Part shown: one piece after another, positions 63,341 to 64,000 of the stretch
Layout of the letters: every line of letters begins with the position of its first letter
Numbering within the stretch: the stretch's first letter is position 1
Assembly: GCA_023247255.1 (NCBI GenBank)
Contig: JAHFGV010000005.1
Location: forward strand, 6,067-70,066
DNA from: Candidatus Omnitrophota bacterium
Lineage (GTDB): Bacteria; Omnitrophota; Gorgyraeia; Aquiviventales; Aquiviventaceae
Direction: 5' to 3'
Length of the DNA: 64,000 bases
Translations under genes and position numbers: made by a program
Notes under the pieces: generated by a model
Seen by the model: the letters and a program-made list of their open reading frames with translations, nothing else
The model's database searches: none
Told to the model about the DNA's origin: nothing

Positions 63341-63988
63341 ATGAGCATGGGGGCGTTTCCGAAAGAGACCGCGCCTCTTGAACAGACGGAGGTACGGCGA
63401 ATCGGTCCGGACCTCTACGCGGAGGCTCTGAACCGATTCCGGACGTTGCTTGAGCGCGCACAGCGCTGCGGCCTGCCGGAACCGACGGCCATAACGCTGG
63501 CAACGACCGATGGCCAGGGATACCCATCGGACCGGACCGTGCTGCTGAAAGCTGTCGATGAGCGAGGCTTCGTGTTCTACACGAGCCTGGCGAGCCGGAA
63601 GGCGCGACAGCTTGCCGCCAATCCACAGGCCGCACTGTGCTTCTTCTGGCAACCCCTCATGGAGCAAGTGCTGGTTGAAGGGGCGGTCGAGCAGGTCTCT
63701 GACGAGGAAGCGGATGCGTATTGGGCGTCCCGGCCACGCACGCACCAGCTTGGCGTCTGGGCGTCGTGGCAGTCCAGTCGGTTAGACGGTCCGAGGACCC
63801 TGGACCTGCGTTGGGTGGAGCAAGCGCTGAGATTCTTGGGGCAGCCGGTGCCGCGGCCCGCCTATTGGAGAGGATTTCGCGTCGTGCCGCACCGTATCGA
63901 GTTCTGGAAACGTCGCGCGGCTCGCTTGCACGAGCGCGTGTACGAACGGCACGAGGCTCAGTGGACCAAAGCGTGGCTTGCTCCATGA
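63341..63988 (+). CDS. pdxH: pyridoxamine 5'-phosphate oxidase
   Basis: 215 aa with PSDRTVLLK, FVFYTSLASRKARQL, RIEFW and HERV. Confidence 0.85.
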   Translation: MSMGAFPKETAPLEQTEVRRIGPDLYAEALNRFRTLLERAQRCGLPEPTAITLATTDGQGYPSDRTVLLKAVDERGFVFYTSLASRKARQLAANPQAALCFFWQPLMEQVLVEGAVEQVSDEEADAYWASRPRTHQLGVWASWQSSRLDGPRTLDLRWVEQALRFLGQPVPRPAYWRGFRVVPHRIEFWKRRAARLHERVYERHEAQWTKAWLAP

Positions 63989-64000
63989 GGACGATTTATC

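Overview
GC-rich bacterial chromosomal window. Nearly all genes are on the + strand, and many are linked by overlapping stop/start codons. Gene order: pyrD-pyrF-pyrE; an orphan nuoJKLMN module; an F1Fo ATP synthase operon (atpZ-I-B-E-F-H-A-G, then an inserted toxin-antitoxin cassette, then atpD-C plus a coupled ion permease); tRNA-Val; a decayed mobile island (secreted hydrolase, IS element, integrase and transposase remnants, RHH-RelE pair, one disrupted and one intact tRNA-Asp); a Crp/Fnr-family regulator with a hemerythrin-domain protein; and hemA. A ~13-kb respiratory block follows: MtrA-like multihaem cytochrome, MtrB-like outer-membrane barrel, Rieske protein, cytochrome b, a 9-haem anchored cytochrome, ImcH-like and CbcL-like membrane cytochromes, and CcsB/CcsA. 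After that come feoB with a DtxR/FeoA regulator, tatA with a periplasmic (TAT) NXR/NAR-type molybdoenzyme cluster of unusual composition, a complete Moco/bis-MGD pathway with tatC, a convergent acyl desaturase, a cupredoxin-like protein and pdxH. The main points for follow-up are: (1) the porin-cytochrome conduit co-operonic with a Rieske/cyt b complex, next to the NXR-like cluster; (2) a Crp/Fnr-type dyad (ATGAC-N4-GTCAT) recurring at seven gene boundaries; (3) several families of palindromic repeats that have invaded the nuo and atp operons, one copy apparently translated in frame inside pyrD; (4) a TA cassette inserted into the atp operon with a duplicated atpG 3' end. Lineage cannot be determined here. 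From memory, the NxrB-like N-terminus resembles the Nitrospira/anammox periplasmic NXR type. All homology calls rest on recognised motifs and domain architecture, not on searches.
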